From a virus (Duplodnaviria > Caudoviricetes): 64,000 bases of DNA. The notes beneath the pieces were generated by a model. That model had not been told where the DNA came from and did not search any database. It was given only the letters and a program-made list of their open reading frames with translations. Positions 47,783 to 57,677 of this stretch are shown here, one piece after another. The translations under genes were made by a program, and so were the position numbers. The stretch is from IMG/VR virus record IMGVR_UViG_3300031418_000007; one strand, 5' to 3'. Positions within the stretch are counted from its first letter, which is position 1, and each line of letters starts with the position of its first letter.

Positions 47783-49887
47783 AATTCAATGTCCCTGTCT
47801 TCAGGCTGTTCCGCACGCAAGATGTAACCCGAGTCACTCAGTAACTCAGAACCCATGATCACTGCACGGTTGGTAGCGATCTCGTCATCGGTGACGATAC
47901 AGTCGATGTCGAATGGATTATCGGCACGGATAATGCGTTTGATGGCGTTGTTACGCACGATGGAGCTGTTGGCCATTGCCAGCTGCTTGATGTTCTCTTT
48001 GGAACCGTTGTGGGCTGCTTCCCAACGAGTCTCTGACTCGCCCACGTTACGGCTGCCTTTGTCGATATACCAGTTGGTGTGTTTGTCACCCTGGCTATTC
48101 GATGCTGGCATACCAAAGGGGTTCTCTTTCGGGAACGCCTGAGAACTGTCATCAGCACCAAACTTATCCAACAACATATAGTACATGCTGGTCAGTAAGA
48201 TTGGATAATGAGACTCAACCATTTCACCAAATGCATCGCGGAACTTAACCTTCTGCGGTTTGTGTTTGAACACCTTACGAAGCTCACGGATAATGTTAAT
48301 ACCGTAAAGTTCTGAGTCCGAACGCAAATGCACAGAGATGTTGTTCTTACAGATGTAGTCGATATGCTCGTCGCGGTCTTCCTGCGTTTGCATAACGTTC
48401 TGCACCACTTCAGCGAACTCCGGGAAACCTGTAGAATAGAACAGGAACACACGGTCGTACGCTTCTTTGTACTTGCCTTCATTACGCAGCGCAATGATTT
48501 CTTTATGCACTTGCAGGTTAATGAAGTTGATCGTGGCTTCTGCCAGCATGGTCATGATCTGGCGACGGAATGCCGGCGTGTTGTTAATGATGATGTCTGC
48601 GTAGGTACCGTCCTCATAATGCGGTGCGTCTTCCCACGGAATCATATCAACCGCAACACCTTTGTCCCCGTTGGTACCCGCCATCTTGAACTTCACACGA
48701 CCCGCAACTTCTTCTTTCAAACGGATAGTGATCTTCCAATCTTTCTGACGGATGTTCTTGTAGGAGTAACCCAGGTTATTCAGCTGACCGTTACGGCGCG
48801 TGTGTTTGCCGTAAGAATCGCGAATAAAGCGATCCAGTTCAAAGCTCACTTCCGGTTCCTGGTTACCCATGCGAGTAATCAGACGCTCGTACCAGTTAAT
48901 CACTTCAACATAGAAGTTGTTCTGCATGGATTCGAATTCACGCATGGCTTCATTGTGTTGCTGTGGGATCTGGTCTGGGCTGCGGTTATGAGAACGATCT
49001 TTGATCTTCTCGCCCTCTACGATCACATCCATCATCACTGAAGAAGGTGGTGCGTGGAAGAGTTTGTCAAACAGGTAGTCAGGTTTCATCAACCCGGTCT
49101 TCGTGAGTGACACCAGTGGGTTACTGTTGTTACGGCGGCGGAAGCCCATGACAATACCGTCTTCACGGATTGATTCACCCGGACGTGCAAACGGGAGTGG
49201 GTTATCAGCGGTACCGTACAAGTTCAACGGAATCCAGTCGGCTTCGTTGTATTCAAAGCCACGTTCGTGTTTAAACATGCAGCGTAATTTATCACGCGCA
49301 TAGCGATCGGTAATACGGATGCCGTCCTCTTCTGTAGCATGACTTGACATCGCACAAACAATAGTTTCTGTCCCGAAGTTCCATTCATTACTGGCCCGCA
49401 CACGAGGTGAGCGTGCAAATTCTTCACCCTTGGAATACGTTGCACCACGTTTGAGTTTACGCATCATCTCCTTGTCGTAAACGTATTCAAACCCGACGTA
49501 AGTATTTTGTGTGTGGAAACGAGGTAACACTAACACATCGAAATAGTTTTTATCATCGTTCTTAAAGACCACGAAGATTTCTTTCCATCCGTCTGTGAGA
49601 ATGCCATCCCCGCGACTTGACTTGACGTAGAACACTTCTTCTACCGTCATGTCTGATGTACAGCGGATTGAACGCGCTGTGTTACCGTACTGTTTCTCAA
49701 ACCCCGTAGTAATTAAACGCTCACTGTTCCCAGATACGACTACCGACTTTGGCACCATGTTACCTTCCATATAAAGACGTGACGCTGAGTCTCCATACGG
49801 CATGATGTTCAAGTTGGTATTGACTCCGATTACATCAGGGTACATCTGATTAATCTTGGTCAACTTAATTGGATTAGGCTTCTTCAT
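47779..49887 (-). CDS. rpoB: Non-virion RNA polymerase beta C-terminal subunit (phiKZ gp71-73-like), uninterrupted
   Basis: DSASRLYM, HATEEDGI, KMAGTNGDKGV, DIIIN, RNVGESE motifs. Confidence 0.88.
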   Translation of the reverse strand: MKKPNPIKLTKINQMYPDVIGVNTNLNIMPYGDSASRLYMEGNMVPKSVVVSGNSERLITTGFEKQYGNTARSIRCTSDMTVEEVFYVKSSRGDGILTDGWKEIFVVFKNDDKNYFDVLVLPRFHTQNTYVGFEYVYDKEMMRKLKRGATYSKGEEFARSPRVRASNEWNFGTETIVCAMSSHATEEDGIRITDRYARDKLRCMFKHERGFEYNEADWIPLNLYGTADNPLPFARPGESIREDGIVMGFRRRNNSNPLVSLTKTGLMKPDYLFDKLFHAPPSSVMMDVIVEGEKIKDRSHNRSPDQIPQQHNEAMREFESMQNNFYVEVINWYERLITRMGNQEPEVSFELDRFIRDSYGKHTRRNGQLNNLGYSYKNIRQKDWKITIRLKEEVAGRVKFKMAGTNGDKGVAVDMIPWEDAPHYEDGTYADIIINNTPAFRRQIMTMLAEATINFINLQVHKEIIALRNEGKYKEAYDRVFLFYSTGFPEFAEVVQNVMQTQEDRDEHIDYICKNNISVHLRSDSELYGINIIRELRKVFKHKPQKVKFRDAFGEMVESHYPILLTSMYYMLLDKFGADDSSQAFPKENPFGMPASNSQGDKHTNWYIDKGSRNVGESETRWEAAHNGSKENIKQLAMANSSIVRNNAIKRIIRADNPFDIDCIVTDDEIATNRAVIMGSELLSDSGYILRAEQPEDRDIEL

Positions 49888-49917
49888 GCATGTCCTCTAC
49901 TGACGTTTAACAGTTTT

Positions 49918-50295
49918 GTGTATCACTACCTTGATAATATAGGTTCGAAAGAATATTGGAGCAGCACAATGCCCTTAACCACCAGCAACATTTCAGAAAG
50001 CGACATCTATTATACAGATGAATTCAAAACCCTCATCCGTAGTCATCGCGAATATCTTCTTGCAGCAACTGAGCCCAGCGTCGAACTCGATACATCCTTG
50101 CTGTATGCTTTTAAGAATGACTTCTTTGGTTACTTAAGAGCAAAGGGTGTAGAACCCAAGTTGTGGTGGGTGTGCGCTTATTTATCTGGTATCAAGACTC
50201 CGTTTCAAGATATCAGTCGTCTAGAGAAATGGTATCGACCAGATCAAGACGCCATCGACCGTATTATATCACGTAGTAATACCGTACGTAGTTAA
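49918..50295 (+). CDS. Small baseplate wedge protein (T4 gp53-like)
   Basis: FGYLRAKGVEPKLWWVCAYLSGIKTP resembles the gp53/LysM-like LWW motif; true start may be ATG 49969. Confidence 0.5.
   Translation: MYHYLDNIGSKEYWSSTMPLTTSNISESDIYYTDEFKTLIRSHREYLLAATEPSVELDTSLLYAFKNDFFGYLRAKGVEPKLWWVCAYLSGIKTPFQDISRLEKWYRPDQDAIDRIISRSNTVRS
49935..49951 (-). promoter_or_regulatory. Putative early promoter CTTTCGAACCTATATTA for the nvRNAP beta-C operon
   Basis: Matches TTTY-N3-CCTAYATTA about 48 nt upstream of the 49887 start. Confidence 0.55.
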
Positions 50296-50316
50296 ATAAA
50301 AAAAAAAGATATATAA

Positions 50317-50348
50317 TACTACTCCTACCCTCGCGGGTAGGAGTAGTA
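50317..50348. terminator. Bidirectional terminator
   Basis: 14-bp stem TACTACTCCTACCC/GGGTAGGAGTAGTA with an A-tract; convergent genes. Confidence 0.82.
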
Positions 50349-50366
50349 ATGTTTACATATCAGTTA

Positions 50367-51794
50367 TTACCAGGCTGAATCGATAATGTCACCGCCGGTA
50401 GAACTCGCTGATGGTGCTGGCGCGTTGTACTGTGGTGCATACGGAGAAACCTGTTGTTGCTGAACGTTCACTGGACGACCCCACTGGTCAAACAGCTGCG
50501 GTGGCTGAACCTGAGCCTGACCATAACCGTACGGCTGTTGGTTGTAGCCCGGGTAACCGTTCTGGTTAGCGGTTTCACGATGCAGGAAGTTACCCAGACG
50601 TGAACACACGTAGATCACGTGCTGGTTGTTCATGTCCAGTGCATAGTGGTGAACACGCTGCTGCGCGCCGTTGAAGATAGGTTCAGAACGAATATAACGA
50701 TCGCCGTTCCACATGGTTGGGACCTTCATGTGGAATTCGATGCCGTTGATATTGCGAACTTCGTCACCACCAATCTGGCCTTGCTGCGGCGCGCCACCCT
50801 GAACGTGCTGCGTTTGGGTGCTGATGTTAAACAGGTTACCCATGTTGCCGCCGAGTGCGTTGTTCTGCTGCTCGCCTTCCTTATAGACGTTGTGGCTGTT
50901 GTAATCCAGTTCCGGCACCTGACGATAGAACTCTGGGATCTCTTCCAGGTGTTCTTCCCAGCTTACGTCGATGTTGTGAACAGACTTCTTGTCGAACTCA
51001 CCGCGGAACATGTTCTGCGCGCGGTTAAGCTGACCTGCAATATTGCCAAAGCAGTACATGAACGCAGTGAAGCGCGCCGCCACCGGAATGAGTGCATCGA
51101 ACTCATGCGCATCCGGGTTATTGGTTGCCGGCATAATTGAACGGAACAGATGAATGGCCAGTTCAATCGCTTCGCGGCTCATGGTGAAGTTGTTAACCGA
51201 TACCGTGGCGTTCTTAGGCTGACCTTCAGAACGCGCCAGTTCACGAACCAGCACATCATACAGTGGGAAACTCGGCTTGGCTTTGTAATACACGCGTTCG
51301 CCGTTTTCGCCTTTGCCGCCTTTGGTGATTTTGAAATGGATGAAACGATTGTCAATCGAATCTTCAATCTCAACGGTCAGACGCGCCAGCATGTTGTACA
51401 CTTCATCCTTGACGCTTTTCTTAACGGTGGTCAGCGGACTGATCACATCATAAACGGCCTGGTTCCAGCTCTTCTTTTCTTTCCTGGATGAGATCTCAAA
51501 CAGGATAGGAATCATAGAACGGAACACAGACAGCAAACGAATGCCGGCCAGACGACGACTCAGCTTAAAGACTTCCGTTTCTTTACTGATGATGCTTTCG
51601 CAGGTTGGGTGGAAGTACACTTTCTGGTCGCTGCCCGAGTTCAGCGCTTCAGAGATCGGCAGATGCAGATCTTTGGAGTCGATACGCAGCGGATACTCTT
51701 TACCCAGCATCAGGCAGGTAACTTTACCGTTCTGATCAATCTTACAACCCCACGCTTGCAGAATGGATTCGTACAGACGATTTAATTCGTTCAT
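50367..51794 (-). CDS. Conserved Chimalliviridae core protein (phiKZ gp70 position) with Q/Y/G/P-rich tails
   Basis: 475 aa; low-complexity segments GYPGYNQQPYGYGQAQ and QQQQVSPYAPQYNAP. Confidence 0.6.
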   Translation of the reverse strand: MNELNRLYESILQAWGCKIDQNGKVTCLMLGKEYPLRIDSKDLHLPISEALNSGSDQKVYFHPTCESIISKETEVFKLSRRLAGIRLLSVFRSMIPILFEISSRKEKKSWNQAVYDVISPLTTVKKSVKDEVYNMLARLTVEIEDSIDNRFIHFKITKGGKGENGERVYYKAKPSFPLYDVLVRELARSEGQPKNATVSVNNFTMSREAIELAIHLFRSIMPATNNPDAHEFDALIPVAARFTAFMYCFGNIAGQLNRAQNMFRGEFDKKSVHNIDVSWEEHLEEIPEFYRQVPELDYNSHNVYKEGEQQNNALGGNMGNLFNISTQTQHVQGGAPQQGQIGGDEVRNINGIEFHMKVPTMWNGDRYIRSEPIFNGAQQRVHHYALDMNNQHVIYVCSRLGNFLHRETANQNGYPGYNQQPYGYGQAQVQPPQLFDQWGRPVNVQQQQVSPYAPQYNAPAPSASSTGGDIIDSAW

Positions 51795-51817
51795 GGTTAT
51801 TCCTGTTATTTGATAAT

Positions 51818-53242
51818 TTAGTTACTGACGAAATATTCTTTCAAGTTTGACACGTAGTTCTGTGCCATCTGTTCCTGGATTTCATCACTGGCCAGGTTGG
51901 AACTTGAACGGTTGATGGTGTACGCCGGGAATACCTTTTTACGTGCGTTGCTGTGATCGTTGTTGAGAACGATCTCAACCGAACACTCGCCGAAGATATT
52001 CATGGTGACATCTACTTCGATAGGTGTCGCATTGCCCAGCATGGTCATGGCGTATTTTTGGAAGAACGTTGTTTCAATGTAATCTTTGAAATTGTTGGTA
52101 CGCGCCTCCAGGTTAGGGTCGTTGGCGATAACGCCAGCCGGGATACCAGGACGGAAGTAGATACCACTACTTAACACATTGAGGTTGGACACGCTGTTAC
52201 TGGCAACGAATTGCAGGAACACCAGGCCAACGTCAATCATGGCGTGCATACTGATAAACGCCAGTTCGTTTGCGATCTTTTCAAACCAGTCTGCTGAGCC
52301 CAGTGGGTCGCTGTCCAGCTGATGGTTGTGTCCTTCCATGTTACGGTCACTAGGTGGTAACACCGCAGTATCAAAGCCCTGGAAGACCTGACGCAGTTCC
52401 TGGAAGGTAAAGCCGATAAAGCCCTGATAGCTCGGCATGCCCAGCGCAGACATCATCAGTGACAGGAACGGATGTTCAAAGATTTCCTGTTCGCTGATCC
52501 CACCCATGCTCATTGCCATGTTTTCACTCAGCATGTTGTGGGTCACCTGCTGGCGCGCCACGCGTGCTGCATGCGTCATCACTGTTTGAGCATTGACGAT
52601 TGGATCCAGGTTGGAACTCTTGGACACAATGACGCCGTTCTGGTCGAGGTCTGCGTTAGTGCTGCCGCCGTACTGAATGTTGCTGTCTTCTTCTTCCGCC
52701 GCCACTTGACCAAAGCCGTGGGTAATCACATCCACTGGACGGATAGTGCGAAGCTGACGCATCATTTCAGGATCTGCCATCAGGAACTGTGAGGTTTCAG
52801 TGATAGCACGTTTGGTGGTTGGCATGTACATCACGTCTTGTGTGGATGACGTGGTCATGGTCCAGCTACGAACAGGAATAAACAGAACGTCATCGGGAAC
52901 CGTAGAACCCATTGCCATTCCGCCACCCACCAGATAACCCAACACCGACATCTGCTGCTCTTGCAGTGCATTGTCCACCACGGTCATGCGCAGCATAGCT
53001 AAACCGCGACGTTGGTTCCAGCCACCTTCGACGTTGATTAGACCCGAGTGTTGAGTACTCAGGCTACCGCCGTGCACGCCCATCTGCGCGATGGTACTTG
53101 GACTGATGCCGCCGTTGAAACGTTCATGCGCTGCACGGTTTGCCAGGTCAGGAGTAATATCAATACGGTTGCTGCGATGGAACTGATCATGGACGTTGTT
53201 ACCGATACCGATGACCACTTGGTTTAGACGAATCTCACTCAT
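51818..53242 (-). CDS. picA: Probable phage-nucleus protein import factor PicA/Imp1 (phiKZ gp69 position)
   Basis: 474 aa directly after the gp68-like subunit; assignment is mainly from conserved synteny. Confidence 0.55.
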   Translation of the reverse strand: MSEIRLNQVVIGIGNNVHDQFHRSNRIDITPDLANRAAHERFNGGISPSTIAQMGVHGGSLSTQHSGLINVEGGWNQRRGLAMLRMTVVDNALQEQQMSVLGYLVGGGMAMGSTVPDDVLFIPVRSWTMTTSSTQDVMYMPTTKRAITETSQFLMADPEMMRQLRTIRPVDVITHGFGQVAAEEEDSNIQYGGSTNADLDQNGVIVSKSSNLDPIVNAQTVMTHAARVARQQVTHNMLSENMAMSMGGISEQEIFEHPFLSLMMSALGMPSYQGFIGFTFQELRQVFQGFDTAVLPPSDRNMEGHNHQLDSDPLGSADWFEKIANELAFISMHAMIDVGLVFLQFVASNSVSNLNVLSSGIYFRPGIPAGVIANDPNLEARTNNFKDYIETTFFQKYAMTMLGNATPIEVDVTMNIFGECSVEIVLNNDHSNARKKVFPAYTINRSSSNLASDEIQEQMAQNYVSNLKEYFVSN

Positions 53243-53260
53243 TTTTCACTGTCCCCTAGA

Positions 53261-54832
53261 CTATTCGTTAATTTCACTGATAAGGCGCATGAATTCCGCT
53301 TTGAGTTCTACCGTGATCTCAAGGTCGAACATGTTGCCTTTCTTGACTTTACTGTACAGCTCAGGATTCCCCAGGATCCCAAACTCCAGGTTGCTTTCCC
53401 ACTGGTTGCTTTCAAGTTCTTCGAAGAACTCTTTCACATACACAGCAGCAGCATTAAAACTTCCGCCTTCATTGTTCTTTTCCTGCACGTCGCACATCTG
53501 TGCCAACGTAGCACGGTCTTCGTTACTCAGACTCAGGAATGAGTTACCCGACGGCACTGCATCTTGCGCCAACTGCGCACACAGTAAAGAAGGCAGATAA
53601 ACATACCCACGTTCCGCCAACCGTACCTGCGCCAGACAGATCGCTGCGGTAAGTTGGAGATAATCACAGAAATCATAAATACGTTCTGAGATATCACCGG
53701 CGTAGGTTAACTGTAGCAGTGTCCGCATGGGCTTGGTTAACTGGAAATCCCAAACGCTAGGTAAACGGTCGTAAACCATTTCCACTAACTGTTCGTTCTT
53801 AATCCCCAGACCCAGGCACTGATATTTAAAGCGATCTTTGAAACGTTCCTGATCCTTTTCATCACGCAGACCAAACGAGAAGTATTCCGCCATCTGGGTA
53901 ATCTTAGCCATTGGCACTTCTTCGGTAATCTGGTGTTCGTCCAGGAAGGAACTGTTGTCGTCTTCGTCACCGTAGCTTTCTTTCTTACGGTAGCCGTTGT
54001 TGTTGTTTTCAAACTGTTTAACTTCCGAGGAAATCGCATTGATAATGGATTTGCCTTTTTCCGTTTCTGGAATGATTGCAACAGACAGACGATTGAAAAC
54101 AATGCGGTACAGAATCATCACCATGGTGTGTTCAGTTGAACCAACCTGGATAGATGCATCAGCCTGCGAGTTCTTCATGAATGAATGACTTACGTAGCTT
54201 TCCAGTCGCTTCCACGCCTTGGTGCCGGTGATCACAGCGCTTTTGCTTAACAGCCGACCACACAGCAGTTCTGCATAGCTTGAACCCGTAAAGGATTCCA
54301 TTCGATAAAGCAGTCCAAAGAAGATAGGGAATACAGTACGAATTAAAAAGGTTCCCTTCACGATCTCAACGTAGTCTTCCACAATGAATGTGGTTTCCCG
54401 CGGATAGTAACCGTGCCCCGTGGTGGTCTTCAGATCTTTTGGAATCACCATGTACTTCGAGGAGTGCTCGAAATAGTTCATGAGGTTAGCGGGTTTCACC
54501 AACGTCAGGATAGCATGGATAATCGGTTCGATACGCTGAAGTTCTTTCTCGTAAGAGACGAACTCACCGTTCTCAATGATTTCCGCGCCGGCACGATAAA
54601 GTTCGAAAAGTTCCTTATGCTGTTCAGGTGAAAGAGCCATTTCGAAGTAGCTGTTGAGTGGAGCGAATAACTCAACGTCTGCATCGTTGTCCACACTTTT
54701 AACTTCTGCTAACTTGATAGAACCTTTACCCATGAAGTGCAGAGAGCGCTTTTCTTCACCCACCTCTAGAACCACCGTGAGTCGGTCAAAGTTCTTTTTA
54801 GAGTTACGTACGGTAAAGACGTTTAAAGACAT
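53261..54832 (-). CDS. Non-virion RNAP fifth (sigma-like) subunit (phiKZ gp68-like)
   Basis: 523 aa helical protein between ChmC-like and PicA-like genes; GAGG RBS; own early promoter. Confidence 0.65.
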   Translation of the reverse strand: MSLNVFTVRNSKKNFDRLTVVLEVGEEKRSLHFMGKGSIKLAEVKSVDNDADVELFAPLNSYFEMALSPEQHKELFELYRAGAEIIENGEFVSYEKELQRIEPIIHAILTLVKPANLMNYFEHSSKYMVIPKDLKTTTGHGYYPRETTFIVEDYVEIVKGTFLIRTVFPIFFGLLYRMESFTGSSYAELLCGRLLSKSAVITGTKAWKRLESYVSHSFMKNSQADASIQVGSTEHTMVMILYRIVFNRLSVAIIPETEKGKSIINAISSEVKQFENNNNGYRKKESYGDEDDNSSFLDEHQITEEVPMAKITQMAEYFSFGLRDEKDQERFKDRFKYQCLGLGIKNEQLVEMVYDRLPSVWDFQLTKPMRTLLQLTYAGDISERIYDFCDYLQLTAAICLAQVRLAERGYVYLPSLLCAQLAQDAVPSGNSFLSLSNEDRATLAQMCDVQEKNNEGGSFNAAAVYVKEFFEELESNQWESNLEFGILGNPELYSKVKKGNMFDLEITVELKAEFMRLISEINE

Positions 54833-54871
54833 AGTGCCTCACTTTCCATTATTTACGTTTATACTAGTTAG

Positions 54872-54897
54872 ATAATGTAGGACTGAAAATAAATAGC
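54872..54897 (-). promoter_or_regulatory. Putative early promoter, near-identical to 2544-2569
   Basis: GCTATTTATTTTCAGTCCTACATTAT directly abutting a terminator. Confidence 0.6.
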
Positions 54898-54920
54898 TAG
54901 GCAGGGTTTCCCCCACCTAG
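54897..54920 (-). terminator. GAAA-loop terminator after the ChmC-like gene
   Basis: CTAGGTGGGG-GAAA-CCCTGCCTAG followed by CTATTTATTTT. Confidence 0.65.
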
Positions 54921-54945
54921 TCTGCCTATTTAAAGGTTTTAATTC

Positions 54946-55704
54946 TTACCATTCGATATCGTCATCGAAAGATGCGGTTGTTGCTTCCATGGAACCGCCA
55001 CCGTTTCCGCCGCCATTACCGCCGCCGGAATTGTTGTTGCCGCCACGGTTCTGCCAGTTGCTCTGACCGCCGCCACTGTTAGCATTGGCGTTGTTGCCGC
55101 CTTTTGGTTTCCATGCTTTCCACTCCAGATCATTCAGGAGCTCTTCATGGAAGTTACACCAGGCACGTGCAGAAGAACGACTTGGCATGCCGTAGTCTTC
55201 AGTGGTGCTGCCGTCTGCGTTCTTAACGCGCATCGCCGGTACGTTCGCCATGCGGAACACAGTTTTGAAGCTGTAGTCGCCTTTCTGATAAGTCAGTGTA
55301 ACGCGGCCTTTCTCATCACGAGAGACAATGAAGTTACAGCTGTTTACTGGCTCATCAGTACGTTTGCTTTTGCCATCGCTGCCACGAACCCAGGCGTTCT
55401 GGTTGATCGGGAGCTGTGCAGAAGAGAACGGCGTGCTCATGTCTGCTGCCTGACGGATGGTGTCGAACAGAACACCACGCTCGTTGTAGTTCAGTGACAC
55501 TTCACGGGTAACACGCTTTTCCTGACTCCAGATACCGTCGAACACACGCAGGACGATATCGCCATTGATCTTTTGTTCGAAGCGCAGCGCGCCGTTGTGT
55601 TTCGCGCCTTGCAGCGGCTGTTCAGTTTCAGGGTGCGGTTGGGAGTAATCGTTCAGCATCGTTTTTGGGCGAGCTTGGTTTTGTGGGCGCTGGAAGTCTG
55701 ACAT
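54946..55704 (-). CDS. chmC: Probable ChmC, nucleus-associated SSB-like RNA-binding protein
   Basis: 252 aa; G/N-rich disordered tail ending FDDDIEW (SSB-Ct-like); immediately upstream of the gp68-like gene as in phiPA3 gp61/gp62. Confidence 0.6.
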   Translation of the reverse strand: MSDFQRPQNQARPKTMLNDYSQPHPETEQPLQGAKHNGALRFEQKINGDIVLRVFDGIWSQEKRVTREVSLNYNERGVLFDTIRQAADMSTPFSSAQLPINQNAWVRGSDGKSKRTDEPVNSCNFIVSRDEKGRVTLTYQKGDYSFKTVFRMANVPAMRVKNADGSTTEDYGMPSRSSARAWCNFHEELLNDLEWKAWKPKGGNNANANSGGGQSNWQNRGGNNNSGGGNGGGNGGGSMEATTASFDDDIEW

Positions 55705-55767
55705 GATCTAATCCTTGTGATTTCTAAAATTCGGTTATAAGTCTACATATATAAAGGGTGTGCAGTT

Positions 55768-56556
55768 TTAAAGTAATAGCTTCAAGCCCGCTTTCGTAAT
55801 GCCAGATGGCAGCCCGTTGATATCTGAACGGACTTTGGTAAAACTGGTTCCCGCATTCCACTCTTTGGAGATGGCGAGATCTTCAACTAACTTCTTCAGC
55901 CCAGCTGATGATGAATAAAAGTTTGTGGCTTTATCACCAAAGACCTGGATCGAGAGTCGGTTAAACGGCATGTAATATAAATCCTTACCTCCGGTTAATT
56001 TGGTATACCACTTGGTGTAAGGCTTAGCCGTACCCGTGTGTGACTCTAAAAGTTTTAACCGCGTCACGGATGTTGTCATGGTGAGATCCACCACGTGATG
56101 CGTAATAATTAATCCCTTGCCGTCAAACTTAGGTAACTGGGTGTCGGTTTGGGTAATCTGTTTTGGAAACTCCAGGCAAAGACGTTTGCAAACTTTTTCA
56201 ATCAGGTCGTACTGTTGTCTTGCCTTTTCCCTTCTGGTGTCATTGGTAACTAACTCGGCTTTACTGTAAACCGAACGCAATGATTTATAAGAAGGGTAAT
56301 AAACTTTAAACACTAAACTCCGACGATTTACTGCGGCGGCAAGCCACTTAGCCAGCTCTGTGAGATCAGATTTAGTATCTTTTATCACAATATCTGCGTC
56401 AATAATATCGTCAGGGGCATAACTCTGGATAACATTGCGCACCAGTGTACGCAAGTTAACCAGGAAAGAGTTGGCAACAGTGATCTCGTCAATGGCATCT
56501 TTTTCCAACGCCATTGATGTTCCCACTGACATTTCAAACGCACCTAAGGTTCTCAT
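55768..56556 (-). CDS. Conserved core protein, possibly a 5'-3' nuclease-fold homologue
   Basis: 262 aa, SVGTSMALE...VNLRTLVRN; ATGA-coupled to sbcD. Confidence 0.5.
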   Translation of the reverse strand: MRTLGAFEMSVGTSMALEKDAIDEITVANSFLVNLRTLVRNVIQSYAPDDIIDADIVIKDTKSDLTELAKWLAAAVNRRSLVFKVYYPSYKSLRSVYSKAELVTNDTRREKARQQYDLIEKVCKRLCLEFPKQITQTDTQLPKFDGKGLIITHHVVDLTMTTSVTRLKLLESHTGTAKPYTKWYTKLTGGKDLYYMPFNRLSIQVFGDKATNFYSSSAGLKKLVEDLAISKEWNAGTSFTKVRSDINGLPSGITKAGLKLLL

Positions 56557-57668
56557 AAGAATTCCTTTAAGACGTCTCGCACTTCATCACTGTTGATATC
56601 AGTGCCTGCCATTTTCGCCATCACATCGTTTTCGATATGCCCAAAGATATTCTCCTGCGTCACTGACACACCGGTATAATCTGAAGTCTGGTAGAGTTCT
56701 TCTTCCACCAACACCTCATCATTTTCAGAATCTTCAGCGAACCCGTAATCCGGGTATTCTTTTTGCAGAGAACTGATAATGGGTTTAACTACCGACTTGT
56801 GTCCACCCTGGATACGGAACTGTGAACCCACAGGAAACTTCTGGCTCTGTAGCAGATGCTTAACTGATAACACAATGGATTCCGGCAAGTCATCAATACT
56901 CACCCGAATACTGCGATAAGGCATAGCAAATTCATTTACCCAAAAGCGCGTGGTTTTGATTTCTTTCTGCTGATCAATGTCAACAATCCACGCACCTTTC
57001 GGATGCTCTTCACCATGACGAATACGGTCGAACGAACCGTTGCTATAAATGATGTCTTCCCAGGAACCCGGAATATGGATATGACCTGAAAAGATCCCGT
57101 ACTTCACAATGCTTTTCCAGCGGTCTTCCATGTGCGCATGCTTACGCGCTTTTTCTGGAAGCTGCCAGTAGAACCCACCGTGGAAGGCGATCAGATCAAC
57201 CTTGTCTAACTGTGCGGTTGTTAATACCTGTAACGCACGCTCCCAGATTTCATCCGGAGTTTTATCAGACATGTTGTCCGGTACGTACATGATCGTTAAG
57301 TTATTAAGTTCTTCTATGGTTTCAATGGTGATCTCATCAAAGTACTTAACGTTGGTACCCTCTTCCACCGAAAACATAATGTGGCGAGGCTGACCCCAAT
57401 CATGTAGAGTAGTGCCTTCAGTAAAGCGCACGATCACATTGTGTTCTTTACATTTAACAAAGAACTGTTTGAACCACTCCAGGGTTAACAAGAAGTCCGG
57501 GTTGTCATTGTCGACAAACCGATCAAACACATCTCCACTGATCAGAATCAAATCAACGTTGTTTAAATCTACATCCGTGTAGAAGAAACGAGACATGTTA
57601 CGCAAAATGTGAGCAGTGGGCGTGCGTCGGTGGCAAGTGTGTAAATCAGAACAAGACAGCAGACGCAT
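56553..57668 (-). CDS. sbcD: SbcD/Mre11-like metallophosphoesterase nuclease
   Basis: SDLH, SGDVFD, EGTTLHD, FHG, SGHIH, GSFDR motifs. Confidence 0.88.
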   Translation of the reverse strand: MRLLSCSDLHTCHRRTPTAHILRNMSRFFYTDVDLNNVDLILISGDVFDRFVDNDNPDFLLTLEWFKQFFVKCKEHNVIVRFTEGTTLHDWGQPRHIMFSVEEGTNVKYFDEITIETIEELNNLTIMYVPDNMSDKTPDEIWERALQVLTTAQLDKVDLIAFHGGFYWQLPEKARKHAHMEDRWKSIVKYGIFSGHIHIPGSWEDIIYSNGSFDRIRHGEEHPKGAWIVDIDQQKEIKTTRFWVNEFAMPYRSIRVSIDDLPESIVLSVKHLLQSQKFPVGSQFRIQGGHKSVVKPIISSLQKEYPDYGFAEDSENDEVLVEEELYQTSDYTGVSVTQENIFGHIENDVMAKMAGTDINSDEVRDVLKEFL

Positions 57669-57677
57669 CAGCGCTCC

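Noticed and set aside
7206-50348. Repeated TACTACTC.../CTCTACCC... motifs as a possible CRISPR or REP array
   Set aside because: Single dispersed hairpins at gene ends with no repeat-spacer periodicity and no cas genes; explained as terminators
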